DNA of 63,946 nucleotides, counting the filler, from Polymyxa betae A26-41 (taxonomy: Eukaryota; Protista; Endomyxa: Phytomyxea), in assembly GCA_003693705.1 (NCBI GenBank). It is 5 parts of 5 records of this genome, joined end to end, with 100 filler letters (N's around TTAATTAATTAA, not from the genome) between each part and the next. Parts side by side here need not be neighbours in the genome. Positions count along the whole stretch, not along the records: positions 1 to 23,375 come from RBZT01000598.1; positions 23,476 to 51,468 come from RBZT01000356.1; 3 more parts are not named here. One strand, written 5' to 3'. Position numbers and translations under genes: made by a program. Under the pieces are notes generated by a model that worked only from the letters and a program-made list of their open reading frames with translations, ran no database searches and was not told where the DNA came from. This document shows, piece by piece, positions 11,901 to 24,097 of the stretch. Position 1 is the first letter of the stretch. Each line of letters opens with the position of its first letter.

Positions 11901-13227
11901 CAAAAGGGTTCACATGCAAGCATATTCTTGCTGTGTCTTTCAAGCAAGGTAACTGGTCGCCATCTACAATTTTCACAAATTCTTTACAGAAATGCACGTC
12001 TGGCTCGAATGATGGCTTGGCTTCAGCAAGCAGGGCTCTGAGATTACGCCATCTTCTAATGCAGATGATTTGGTACCTAGACAGCAGAATGTGAATGTAG
12101 CCAGACTAACGGCAAATATCTCGAATTCGCAACTTGTATGTTATTTGGGCTAATTTACAAAATTGCATTAATTGTGATATAGGAGATCACCGAAATGTTT
12201 AACACATTATCCGAACGTCTGAATCCTGAGCAGCCTACTGGTTGCAGCGATTTATTGAACATTCAACATCTGCAGACTTCCTTAAAAATGCATCTATCGA
12301 AGATGCTCGATTAAGTTTTAATTACAAAAAAAAAGCTAGCTTTGGCCCCCAAGAATCGTTAACGTCGCGAGCAATATTTCAAAAGCAGGTTCGTTTTCCC
12401 AGAATTTCGAAGAAATTAAAAAGTGTACCAACAGCAGGAGATTACGGGCGCCTTCGTCTAAAGAAATCGTGGAGGTGACCGAGGGGTTTAACGTCGTCGT
12501 CGCCGAGTCTGGAGTCCCTTTCGATGCATCTGAAGCACAATACCAAGAAATCGTGGCATCTGGGAACGGTAAAGCGGCTCAATGTATAAATACTGTGCTG
12601 ATATTGATATGATACGTAGAAACAGCTATTATCCCCGACGATGATATTGTTGATGCTATTGTTTTGGATCATTTTGTTGTTGCTGAGTCGCATCAGGCCT
12701 GGTCGCAGATTTTAAATCTGGAGCGAGCGTCTGCTTTACTAGTTGCTGAAGAACGTTTCAATCCGATTGCCCCAGAATCACATCTTTTCCAGAGAAGCGT
12801 TCTTCCACGGCCCATAATAGACGACGTTTGGCTCGAGTATCCGTTTCCGTCGGTCGTGCTTCCAATTACTTCTCTCAGGATAGGTGACATTGTGCTTGTA
12901 TCATTAAGCTATCCGATCGATATTTCAACTCAAGGTGTGATTAAAGCTTTTCCCGGCTCTGTATTCGGTGTTGGTCCGAATAGGAAGAAAATTCTTCCAT
13001 ATGAGATAGAGCTGGAGATCGTATGGGTCAACTATGAGCATAGGTCAGTAAGACTATCCAGCGATTATACAATGCCTGGTGTCGAGTTTGCGGGAGATCT
13101 CCAAAAATGTGGATCATGGCTATTTCCTTGTAACTGCATTTCCTTTATTTCCTTTCAAGGGCTACATGTTTCTATCCTCAAGCATGCAACTCTTAGTCGG
13201 ATTTATAGGCCAATGTTGGAGTTCTAA
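8925..13227 (+). mobile_element. Mutator-like (MULE) transposase gene with introns: C2H2 fingers, WRKY/GCM1-like domain, MULE DDE and SWIM; degenerate
   Basis: C2H2 fingers CEQCQQSFTRKNSLNRH and CHYCNKVY..H..H. FICRRS..GSVK..C..HTGH. DDE core LEIDATHNTTTYGYKLITLMIV..GYPVAF, LLSDDD, LCTWHIDK and TTAHPESFHRVLK. SWIM CGCIDY..CKHI. The 3' extent beyond ~12480 is uncertain. Confidence 0.9.
10862..11454. mobile_element. Tc1/mariner-type MITE inserted in the MULE gene
   Basis: TIR CAGTATTTCCTTTT/AAAAGGAAATACTG with a TA TSD. Removing it restores GAG TTC GAC TAT AAT CTG AAA (EFDYNLK). Confidence 0.9.
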
Positions 13228-13757
13228 AATTTTCTTCTGTTAGAATCGCGAATTATAATTCATAATAAACATTTAAGCTTGATTTTTGTTAGACGAAGAT
13301 TCTGTCTGTGCGATAGGAAAATATTAGAATCGCCTAAAACCGTCAATTCGATAGCGCCAGCAAAACAGAGCTTTTCCAGTAAGCTACAATCGCGATCGAG
13401 CAAAGTTACTAAGTATTGTTCCTCTAAACTAGATTACTAGGTAGTATATAGAGGAGCGCAGCCTGTTGGGGCAGGGAGTAGCCCATTGACGTGCTCTGTT
13501 AATCGTACGCCCATTTGCTGCCTTACTTTGCTCTTGTCACCAGCATTTAGTCGACAGATTGCTGAAATAGATCTTGGCCATCATCGTCCAGTTCGTCCAT
13601 CGCAGAGCAACAAGCTACGCTGTAGCGATTGGTACATTAACGAATATGATTCTAAAAGGGAATCGTTAGAGTCATACCAGAACTCAGACTAATAATCAGA
13701 ATCAGACATATTTAGGAATGTGGCAGGCGTTTGAAACAGTTTTTCTTGATGCACAGT

Positions 13758-14700
13758 CTAAGCATCCCCATACCAGCCGCTTTCTTCGTTGTTATTGACA
13801 TCTACTAAAGTGTTCTGAAGCTTACGTCGCCTCCAGTGAATGAAGTTCGTCAAGAGCGCACATGATCTGAACACAGTTGAAAACTTGCATCGTTGCCAAG
13901 GAAAACAGGATTTTAGCACGCGGAACTTCACTTTCATGCCCCCGATTCCCCATTTTAAGTTGACCCGCTTATTGGCATGACACTTGTTAAAAGCGTCAAC
14001 CACAGCACCATCAGCATCCGACGATTCGCGAGCATCAATTCGACGCATGATGTACATATCAGCTGCGATGTAGCCGGCTGCCATTCAAATCAGTGAAAGC
14101 AAAGCGTTTCAGTAGGTGAGGATTTCTTACGATCACCAAGAAGATATTCGAATGTATCTGCAGATCTTGTGAAATGATTTCTACAATTCTAATGTAAGCT
14201 TGATTCTTTCAAAATCGTAATATCATGGGCGCTGCCCGGGTAGCCAGGATCAACGTATATAATGAAGCCTTCATGGTCCACGACGATTGTGTTATTAAAC
14301 GCATAGATCTTTTTCTTCCATTGAAATAGCGACCATATTTGCGGCGCTTGTTCTTGGACATGTTTGAGCAATACGGGCGACGGATCTTACAAAGAGTCCC
14401 ATGAATTATTCCAATAGCTCCTGGGAATCTGGGCTCCATATTTGACAGAAAACGACGGCGTTCGGCATCAGGCCACATCATTTCACTTCCAAGAGCTCTG
14501 TTGATGCAGGAGCATATGAATATAGCATCATCACATACAGAAGCACGGTTCCAATTCCAAAGGGAAGCCTCGGGCCGGCTAGTCGATCCCTACAGACAAA
14601 ACGAAATAAGTGACATCGATAAAACAAAGCAATATCAATTAGCATTACGTATTCCAGAAGCAACAGACAACTTAGAATCCTCTCTTCAGCTGAATCGCCC
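13758..14700 (-). mobile_element. PIF/Harbinger DDE_Tnp_4 transposase, degenerate, with a 53-nt intron (14078-14130)
   Basis: WPDAERR..GAIGIIHGT..RRP..FNGRKKIYAFNNTIVVDHEG..DPGYPGSAHD..EYLLGD|PGY..KRVNLKWGIGGMK..SCALLTNF. Confidence 0.88.
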
Positions 14701-14739
14701 CGATGTGTTGACGGAGAAGGTGGAGAATGTACAGGATTT

Positions 14740-14881
14740 AGATTTGTCGAAAAAGTATACTCGAAAGCATTGCCCCTATAGTTTCAAAGACCTTGAACGT
14801 ATCGTCCCGAAGGCGCTGAAAACAACGTCTGTTGCTTCGATCCGGAAGCTGAGGCAACGAATCTTCCCAGAATGGTGGTAG
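14740..14881 (+). mobile_element. C-terminal fragment of a Tc1/IS630-related transposase
   Basis: KKYTRKHCPYSFKDLERIVPKALKTTSVASIRKL resembles the post-catalytic-E segment of that family. Confidence 0.55.
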
Positions 14882-15719
14882 TGGCATACATACCTGATTC
14901 TAACTGCAAATGTTTCGATGGGAACTCAATTAAGAATCATATTGATGATCATTCAGAAGTGAACAGTGGTTTTTGACCAAAACAGTTTAATATATTGCTT
15001 GTTACAAAATTGATGCCAAATATAGGTTAATAACCAACTTGTAAACAATGACTGTTCTTCCAGATATAGCTGTGTGATCTGAATTGCACCGTTGCCATCA
15101 CCATAACCCTACAATTTCAGTATGAGCTGGCAACCGTCCGTTATTTTGGTGGTAGGGGAAGAAATCGCTGGAAAAAAACTCTCTATTTTTCGCTTATATA
15201 CGAAAAGATTGCCCAAAAAATAGAAGTCGATTTGTGGAAGAATTTTTAATGTGAAGAATTTTCCGATTTTATTTGTATAGAGAACGATCATTTGAAAACT
15301 GTAGGGGGAATCTCTGAAATACTTCGCGCATTTTTCAGATTATAAAATTGTGCACAGTCAAGCACTTTGTAAAATTTTGTTTGCGGAGCCACATCTTGCA
15401 GTCTCTTCCTATGGCCAGGCCGAACAAGCAGAAGGGAAAGCTGAATCTGGGATACACTAAAGCGTACTGCCAACGTCACAGTGACAATCCTTTCAATAGA
15501 CGGCAGAGGACGCCAACGGAAGCGCTAAAAGTGCCCTTATCTTCTTTTTGGAAGTTTGCTAGAAAGAGCTTCAGATACAAGGATGCGTATCGAATCAGCA
15601 CTTCGAACGGTACAAGCCTCTATTCGAAGCAAATTGAGTAATACATGCCGTTCCGGCTCGAATTCTGATAAGGAATTTTCATGCAAATAATAAAAACTGC
15701 GTACGCAATTTGAAGTTTA

Positions 15720-16120
15720 ATTTGAAAAAGTTGTAGAGTTAGGGTGACGGCAACGGTACATGCAAAAACCAATCGGTGGTTTTCGTCATCGGTATGTCGG
15801 ATGTCTTGCATAATGGCAAACTGCTTGATGCGCTTAATCACGGTCTCATGGCAAGCCATCTTGGCTTTTTGCTGCCGATTAACTTCTTTATCCCAATTTG
15901 TCTGAGAGTGAGGGATTGGAGTTTTGAAAAAACGTCCGTCAAGAAAGCCGAGTTCTGCCAAAGCCCTCTCTCCTTGCTCTAACATCTGAAAAAAATCTGC
16001 CACGCTAATTATAAGTCAGGATTCGTTCCGCATGGCACCCCGCCTCCCCACCAAACGATCCGCCTTTTCGGTCCATACAAAAACACAGCAAACTTCAGCA
16101 TCCCTCCATGATTCAATACC
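15720..16120 (-). mobile_element. Second, distinct lineage of DDE_Tnp_4 (Harbinger/ISL2EU-like) transposase, C-terminal fragment
   Basis: VWWGGGVPCGTNPDL..LEQGERALAELGF..HETVIKRIKQFAIM..RH..H..VFAC..AV. Confidence 0.7.
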
Positions 16121-16689
16121 TTCTATCCAGTGGGCGATGTTCGGCACGGAAGCAAGCAACTCCGTCAATTGTCAGTGACGGATCCCAAACATTCCACTCA
16201 TGCCATCTTTCTGAAAAGTTCACCTTTATTTCTGGTTAGTAGGTATTGCATATACAGTAGGATTTTGAACAATTTGCCCAATTCAAAAAGATGTATTAAA
16301 AACTGATTCTTCAAATTCCATAACAGTGGAGTGGAAGTTGCGAAAAAATGGTTTTTAATTTTTCAGATCCATTTGCGAAAGGTTTTTGGGGAAGCTCCAA
16401 CCGACAAGACAGTTTCTCTTCTATAGGTTTCAAGAAAAACGGAGTCTAAAGTTGAGATGGTGGGAAATCCATAACGGAATGAGCTCCTACCAGAAGAAGC
16501 CGTATCTCAGGCGTCTGCAGAGACACCGAAATGTGTTCAGAAAGCTCTGTCGTTCGCTTGCGTTCCGGGTCCGCCACCGTTGATGAACATCATGCAAGAT
16601 GTTGAAACTTCGGACTCATTTGATTAGGATTGCACCGTTTTGTTTTGCAAGATGCGTCAAATAAATATTTGCCCCTCCAACCTTTAGAT

Positions 16690-16940
16690 TTAAACTCGAA
16701 GCCACCGCGCGTCAGGAGCGAAAGCATGATGATTCACTAAATTATCAAACATAAATAAAGCATCACAATCTGGATGAAGGATCTGAAATATTGACAAAGA
16801 TTTCTGTGGTGTCAGTTTCATGATCACAAGATCAGCATTCGTCCAGTATCCCTCCGCGTTACTCCCAGGTATGATAAGACAGGTTGAACCCATAATTGCT
16901 CAGGATATTGGCTTCTCTATGATATAGTCCGGACTAATAC
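16690..16940 (-). mobile_element. Tc1/IS630-related large DDE transposase fragment (second-D region)
   Basis: IPGSNAEGYWTNADL..IFQILHPDCDALFMFDN..NHHAFAPDA. Confidence 0.75.
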
Positions 16941-16999
16941 CTATCTGCGAATCGTTTTGATTAAAAACAACGGAAGCACTTTCGGAATTGCCTTCGTTA

Positions 17000-19710
17000 G
17001 CATCATCTCCTGCTGCCCCGAAGGTCCATATTCTCTCGGCACTATGGGAGAATTGTTGATGATGCTCATACCTAAATTGCTACTGAGTCATCATCGATAT
17101 TGTTGACCGTTACTTACCTGAAACAGGCTACAATGACCTTTTCGTAGAAATTCTTCATAATGTTCACAGCCTGGCCTTTGGAGGCGTGGCTCATCGATTT
17201 TGTCGGTCTCATAAACCACTCAGACCAAAAATTCCATGTCGATCCTGTTAAAGGCCCTAAATCTTAAAGCAAATGGGGAACTATGATCAACATTAAATGC
17301 ACAGGAAGAGTCATGAACATACACGGAAGTTGCTGTTCAACATGCTTAGGTTAGGATTGAGTGAGAATAGCAATAGAGCCTAACATCTTCAAGCAATGTT
17401 AGGCTTCCGTGAGCTCAACCTGAAACTTTTCTAAACCCGAACGCTTGGCAGCCAAGCAGAAGCAATCTGATAGCTTGTCAAACAACAAATACAGCACTTT
17501 CTGGAATTGTTTGGAACAGCTATCAGTTCCAAATAAACCTTTGGTCAAAAATTTATATAATCAATGCAGCATCATATGCCATTGCGCGTTCTTAATGAGG
17601 ACTTGAGATAATACATATGGATTGAACAGCTCGGGACATCCTGGTTTTCAGTTTCAGCATGGTTCGCAACCCAAAAATCAGATTAATAAACATGCCTTCT
17701 GGAGCTCTGAGCATTTTCAATCTGTCGGTTATCTCAACCCGGCTGCGTTTAATCAATGCCCATGGCAAGCGCGTGCTGAAGTCCCAAACAGTCGCCAGCC
17801 GATTCAGTGCTCTCTCAGCATCACGAGCTTCTTCATCAAGAACTAGCCCGGAGCCATTTGCCTCACAATCCAGCGCTCCAGTCAGCGTTTTGGCCACGTT
17901 CTATAACTGACATAAATTGTCACTTGGATTTCAATACAGTTGCACTTACGCCTAAATGATGCATATAATCAGATTTGAATTGGCGGCTGGGATTCCATCC
18001 GGAAGAAAATTGTTTGGACAAAGCATCAACGCCATAAAAGCCTGAACGCTTGTACGGATGATGTTGATCCTTTGTTCGGTCATATAGCTTCACATCTTTG
18101 CCTCCCTTTCGTGATTGCTGCATCGTTTTTTTTCGATCTTACGCATTTCGAAGTTCTCTGATTCAGTCCCTGAAGATGATTGTAAAATTAGCAGGATACA
18201 AAAGCTAAAATCAATCACCTATGGAACGCATTTCCTCTTGTGTAAAGAACTCTGGTGCTGAACTTTTTCGATCCAGTCCTATTTACTGGGACAGTAACTT
18301 TTTTTCGAATCGGATGGGTTTTCGGTAGAAATCGGTATGAACCAAGTCGACATGTTCTCCGACAACATCTGACACCCTGAATTTTGCAGATGCATGCCCC
18401 ATTTATACTTGAAGATCCTGCTTTTATGGACGCTTTCGCCCAAGCTGGCAGATCGGCCATGCTGCTCATCAATCTCATTTTTACCTGCGTTCAAGTCAAC
18501 TTACAGAACAAAACAATGCTTTCACAATACCTTAATCAAAGCTGACCGTGACGAATCAAAGATATATTGCCCGTTTTGATTGATCATATTCAGTTCGTGT
18601 GCGACCAAAGTGAAAAAGGCTTGACTTGAAAAGTAGGAGCATGACGTCATCACGACAGATGATGGTTTACATCTTGCTGTCGGTAGGAAGACAAATGGGG
18701 CCATACCGAAATTTTGGAACTGTTGTGGACTCTGGCACCGTCGTAACAATGTGATAAGGCGACAATCATGAATGCAACATCTGTAGACTGATTAGAGTAA
18801 TTATCGTAGAGCGAATCATATTCCAAGTTACCTGATTGCTTCGTGTGTTGAGCATCATGAGCAACGTGGAAAGGAGCATACAAATCATAGAAGAGGTCGC
18901 TTTGCATCCAATCGGTCATTATGTCTTCCTTACAATTGGTAGATCCATATCTTTGGACCAGTTCTGTGATTTTTTCGAAGCCCTCCCAGAATAAGCTCGC
19001 CATTGAAGGATATGCAAAACGAATCTGCATGATGTATTCAGACAGCAACTGACTAAGCGAGCGTAATTCCCTTACCTGAATATCGTAGGATAACGGTCAA
19101 TATAAAAAGAATTTAGCATGCCTCCTTGAGCTGTTACAAACGGGACATTCTTGTTCATTCTCCAGCTCGAGCACAAAGATACAATGTCCATTAGGACGAC
19201 ATGACTCCAAGGCAATGGGCTTGAATGATAAGAAAATGTCTCTGAGAATGGTTTCTTTGGCTTGTTTCCAGTTTTCGGGAAATCGCTCATAAACTTTAAG
19301 AGGATCACCGGAATCATGGTCTGGTCGAGTTGAAATCTCTTGAAGGTACATGCCAAGGAGTTCATCAAAGCATTTGCTAATGATATCGACGGGAACTTTC
19401 TGTTGATAACTCTGACAGCGCTGCATTGAAACGTAAATCTGGGGAAATAGGCTCTTCATTTGTCGCTGTCGTCATCAAAAGTGGGGAGTTTTCCTTCTCC
19501 AGCAATGCAGACACTCGGACAGGCGTGACAGCCCTACAATTTGACAGATCTACTTGCTCGCCATGTAAAACTGTTCGATGCAAGTATGGATCGCTCTCGT
19601 CCTGAAGTAGTTGCTCTCTGGCGACCAATTTCGATTCCTTGACAAACCAAACCATAGAGCCAGGAGCGGCGTCGTCCATTGCTTCAATAAAGGATTGCGC
19701 GACTATCAAA
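17000..19710 (-). mobile_element. EnSpm/CACTA (CMC)-like transposase, heavily degenerate
   Basis: Motifs in Transposase_21 order: C.PNGHC.F..E..ECPVC.SSR, DWMQSDLF, L..CYDGA..SVWP, C..C..YRFLP and DYMH. Many stops and frameshifts. Confidence 0.7.
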
Positions 19711-20899
19711 CCAATTTATTTCTAGTTTCGCAGCACTAAAGCACCAGCTACAAACTCATCAAATTCAGGATTTTTAGGCGAGCATTATTTCCAGCACTGG
19801 CGCATGTTTTGTATCAATCTGCATTTTGGCTGAGTTCAAGTGACGCATTTTGCCAACGTCAAATGTATTGTACAGGCAGTCTGGTGCATACCTACGGAAT
19901 CCGTACGGCAATGTTATTGCCCTCTCTCTCTCATATCGTCTCGATCTCTTCGTGGTTCAACTGAGGTTGTCCCTGGCTCCCATCAGATATCTGTGTCAAC
20001 GTCTCTTCCCAATCGCAGCAGCGCATCGACGTGGCAAGCTTTCCGTGTCTGCGGCCCATTAGGGGCCTGTGTTGAGGGTGCAAAAATCCGGTGCCTAGTT
20101 GTTGCCCAAGCTCAGGAAGCGAACCATATAATGATATAAGATGTACGGCTATTGGAAATATGGCCGGTCGCCTGAAATAATGGATGACCTCTAATATCAT
20201 TAGTGTCGCATGAGTTTTCAAACGCTGTGCAGGCTGAGAGTTCGGCATAGATACCCTGTCATTGTGTCGCCAGGACTATCCCTATGAATGTTGCGGATGA
20301 TCACCCAAACTAAAAGCAAGATTCAAGGGTCGAGATGTCAGTAATTTGTTGGAGCATACAGATATTAAACCATTCTGATGCATGCGCTCACACAGGCGTA
20401 CAGTTTCCTTGATTGACTGAAAACCCATCTATATACAGAAAAAGAGAGTCGTCTATTCATTCTTGGATGTCATAATTTGTGGTCATTAAGGAAAGACAAC
20501 AAATAGTGAAAAATTAAAATCAGTACATTTCTGGCTACATTACTAACAATTCTCAATATACTTTAATCACTGATTTATCATTTTACAGCGTTTACTCAAA
20601 ATCACTATATTACCAAAAAATCGCCTGGAATTGCCTACATCGGAATTTGCGTTTGGTTGCAATCCATGCAATGGGATGAAATGTGAATGCTGCGTTTTTA
20701 TGCAGGACAATGCTTTCATCACGCGTTTTACTGCATGGTTCTGCTTGACGCATTTCTGCGTTATACTGCCTATATCAACTGCTTTTTTCTGCTTCACGAT
20801 ACAGATGCTTTTTCTAGGGAAATATTGTGCGCAAAAACATGCGTAGCGTGCCTGCGTTTTTAGGGATCGTTTCGCAATTGCAGCGCAGCAAAAGGCAGA

Positions 20900-21261
20900 C
20901 ATACGGAGTTCCGGTGACCATGGCATTCGCACAAGAATGCAGAGACCATAAGAGACTTACCAGCACTTTTAGGGCGGATTTGTCTGTGATCCTTATCAAA
21001 CCATCCTGTCTTGCCACCGTCATTGTTCTGAAAACAAGACCCGTCATCGACTACCATAATGAGTGGCCTGGAATTTGCTGGCAACTCGTTCAGCTTTCGA
21101 ATCTCCATGTTTTCCCCTTCGCAAATGGGCATTTTTTGCTGGTGGATCTCCATTGCTTAGAGGAATTGCTTGCGATACTCAACCCGGTTATTATTTTTAA
21201 ATTCGAGCGCTTCAAGCGCGCGCAGCCCTTTTCGCAATTTTCATTGTACAGTCGCGCATAA
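20900..21261 (-). mobile_element. Tc1/IS630-related DDE transposase fragment (first-D region)
   Basis: LIMVVDDGSCFQNND..W..IRPKSAGKSLMVSAFLCECHG. Confidence 0.75.
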
Positions 21262-21383
21262 ACAAGGTTTTCTACAGTGCTCCTCTCAACTCTACACAGC
21301 TTAGTTGGGGGCAGCCTCCTCCGGCTATTCTATGAACACGGTCATTTCAATTGCGAACTTGGTAGAAGTAGAGCTCTTGAGTC

Positions 21384-22230
21384 ATGTCGGACAGGTTTAT
21401 TAACAGGCAAAGCCGCAGTCACCGATACCGATCGCAGCTCTATTCCCGGAGCTCTCGCCGGAGACATGATGAATCTATCTCTCCCCGTCGTTCGAAGCGC
21501 CACCGGCGCCGATACCGTCGTTCCCGGCGTTCGCTTTCCAGCCCGTCAATCTGGTCAGAGCGCGCTGACAGGCTCAGATCGTCGTAGTCGGTGGCGATCT
21601 CGCTCTCGTGAACGCTTTTCCTCTGATTCTGACTGTTTATCCCAATCCTCATCCTATCAACAATCACGACATTCGGCTAGTCCCTCGAATCGCAACACTC
21701 AACAGCCTTTGGATTGTCAACAGTCGTCTCGCATGACATCATCTGATGGCAATAACATTAATATCGATCCTTAGGCATCTTTAACAACGGCGCAACGATT
21801 TTCTCGAGGTATGAGTTTAAAGGCCAAGAAACTCGCCCTATTAAAGGCTCTTCAAGAGTTACGACGAACGAGAAATAAACTCTGCGAGTGCACTGGAGAA
21901 GCGAAAAAACACTAATATCGTTCGCTTGTTGGACACTTACCCGACTTTTGAGCATTTGCTGGAATCGGTGAACAAATTTGCCAAGGAAAGGGGGTGCTTG
22001 ATTGCTAGAACAACGCGTAAAATGGACAAAGCACGGTCTGTTGCTTTATTCTCGCGAGAAGATGGTACTCAAAGACGAGAGCTTTATTGTGTAAGTCCAA
22101 CAGAAGCTCAAAAACAGAGTGCTTGATTCAGTTGTAGTTCACATACGACTTCAACGAGAAAAGGTAAGTTTGGATTCGAAAAAATGCAGATTGGATCACG
22201 GCCATGACATCCGGCAACCTGCTGGGAGGA
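21384..22230 (+). mobile_element. Degenerate MULE/FAR1-type N-terminus (RS-rich leader plus WRKY-like domain)
   Basis: RS-rich stretch, then YPTFEHLLESVNKFAKERG..RRELYC..C..W..HGH. Confidence 0.5.
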
Positions 22231-22291
22231 GCGGGAATTTCAAATTTCAAGTTTATTTTGGAAAAAGTTATTTAAACGATTAATATGATTA

Positions 22292-23100
22292 TTAAGTAAA
22301 TGAAACAAACGTGTCCGTCTGCTTGATGGTGTATATTTTTTGGTAGGCTATCAACTCAACGACCAATATTAGGGCACCATCGGGCCGCTTAATACCATCC
22401 TTAGTCCAGGTTGAGGTATCGGTCTGAACTGTGATGCAAGCGATATTTTCAATGCAGCCCTGTGGGGCTGCATCGACTTTGTCTCGAAAGTTTTCGATCT
22501 CTGTCTGCAAGGCTATAACCTTCGGATGGTAGAGCTCCAGGGACTCCGATTTAACCCATTGCGCAAAAAGGTCCTCCATCATGTATGTCACTTTTGGCCA
22601 CTGGTATGTAATAACTGCGGAGCGGCCATCCGAGTTAATGTTGAACTGCACATTACTGGCTCCGGATGGGAGATGAATGAGAACAGTCACCTTATCATTT
22701 TGCGTAACTGGGTCGCGCCAAACAACTGTAAGCAGAGCTTCATTCTTTCTTCTGATCCCGGGCTGAGATGCGCCTTCACAGTCTACTCGGACAATGATCG
22801 TTTGGATCCGCTGATTTCAGCGATATCCAGGCTGTCGAATTCATCGGCTTGATCGTCAATGAATTTGATTTTTTTTAAGATTGATTTTGTTATCTTACAT
22901 GATCCACACTCATTTGCCTTGATTTTGTTGAAATGATTTCGAAACACATCAAGACTAAAAACTTGGAATTCTCTGTGCTTGTCGTGCACGTCCGCTGGTT
23001 TTGCGTCTGGTTCAATTAATCCATCCTGAAACAATTTCACAAGCTTTTTATGCTCCGCACAGGGTGGGCTAGTCTTCCACTTTTTGGCGTTTGGCAGCAT
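22292..23100 (-). pseudogene. Probable transposon accessory ORF (helical N-domain plus beta-sandwich C-domain), disrupted
   Basis: N-part W..S..KKL..LFQDG.I..EFQVFSLDVFRNHFNK. Likely short GTAAG intron at ~22849-22899, then a stop and frameshift. C-part VLIHLPSGA..V...DGRS..ITYQWP. Confidence 0.55.
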
Positions 23101-23375
23101 AATGTCGATCTTCGGAAAGAATCAGTTCCAAGGTAGCAGACAGAGGCAGAATTAGAATCAGAATGAACTTGGAAGGACATGATGTTGGTTTTCTCGCTCG
23201 GTGAGCGGCTACGATTCAGAACGATGTTAGCCGAACACAATCAATAACAGAATGAGATGTATTAGAAGTGAAAATTGATCTTTAAATACTCGAGTCTATT
23301 AGGGCGCTCTCATACCTTCGTAAACTCCGCGGCGGAGTTTTCATCCACCGTGGCTGTAGGCCATCACCCACTGGT

Positions 23376-23475
23376 NNNNNNNNNNNNNNNNNNNNNNNNN
23401 NNNNNNNNNNNNNNNNNNNTTAATTAATTAANNNNNNNNNNNNNNNNNNNNNNNNNNNNNNNNNNNNNNNNNNNN
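23376..23475. other. Artificial 100-bp contig linker (also at 51469-51568, 53881-53980, 61539-61638); plain N gap at 8566-8607
   Basis: 44 N + TTAATTAATTAA (stops in all six frames) + 44 N, identical four times. Confidence 0.97.
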
Positions 23476-23913
23476 TGCATCAGCCCGCTCAACTGCGATG
23501 TTCTTTCGCTTGGCATCCAACAAAAGACGAAGCTGGCGCTGTCGCTTAGTTGGAGGTGCCATTGCTTCTAAGAACCGGTCAAATGTGAGAAATGTGGGTG
23601 TCGACAGCATGCAAATCATCACCGTACGGAAGGGGCTGCGCCCGAGGCCGCGCAGAGGCCCCGCAATAGGCTGCGCTATAGTATTTCGTGTTTCCCCATA
23701 CATTTCTCATTTCTTCAATGTCCCATACAAAAAAAAAACGTAACACAGCTCTCGGAATTTATTTTTTCCGGAATTTTATCTCGTAACTTTCTTCTAAACG
23801 ATGAGATCAGTCGAATTACGAGATAATAATTTTGGTTGGAACCCTTTGGGAGGCCTCGATAAACCCCGGAAATTTCCCATGCAAAAGTTGTCGGTTTAAG
23901 ACTACCCGCACTG
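23476..23913 (-). mobile_element. 5' end of a Tc1/mariner-type element (copy 1)
   Basis: Near-identical to 51942-52378. The shared end reads TA|CAGTGCGGG on the minus strand. The ORF starts MAPPTKRQRQLRLLL. Confidence 0.8.
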
Positions 23914-24097
23914 TAGCAGCTTTGCAGCTGGCTGAATTTGAGATACAATCAAAACTGCGCATGTTGCGCAATACAAAATCGAACAAATTTGCGCCTCTCT
24001 ATTTGCTGTAAAACGATCGAATTTTTGCATCCACTGAGAATTACGTTTCCCTCGTCTTAGGTCGGGTTTCAGCTCAATTTGGAGTCTATATTGTTAA

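Noticed and set aside
15107-15307. piggyBac-like MITE (CCCTACA..TGTAGGG)
   Set aside because: Inverted ends are imperfect and no TTAA duplication is present on the right side.
21277-21774. 165-aa ORF as a host gene
   Set aside because: Low-complexity frame-shifted leader of the degenerate MULE/FAR1-like relic.
23420-23431. TTAATTAATTAA palindrome repeated four times as a biological motif
   Set aside because: Always centred in 44+44 Ns; it is an artificial six-frame-stop linker.
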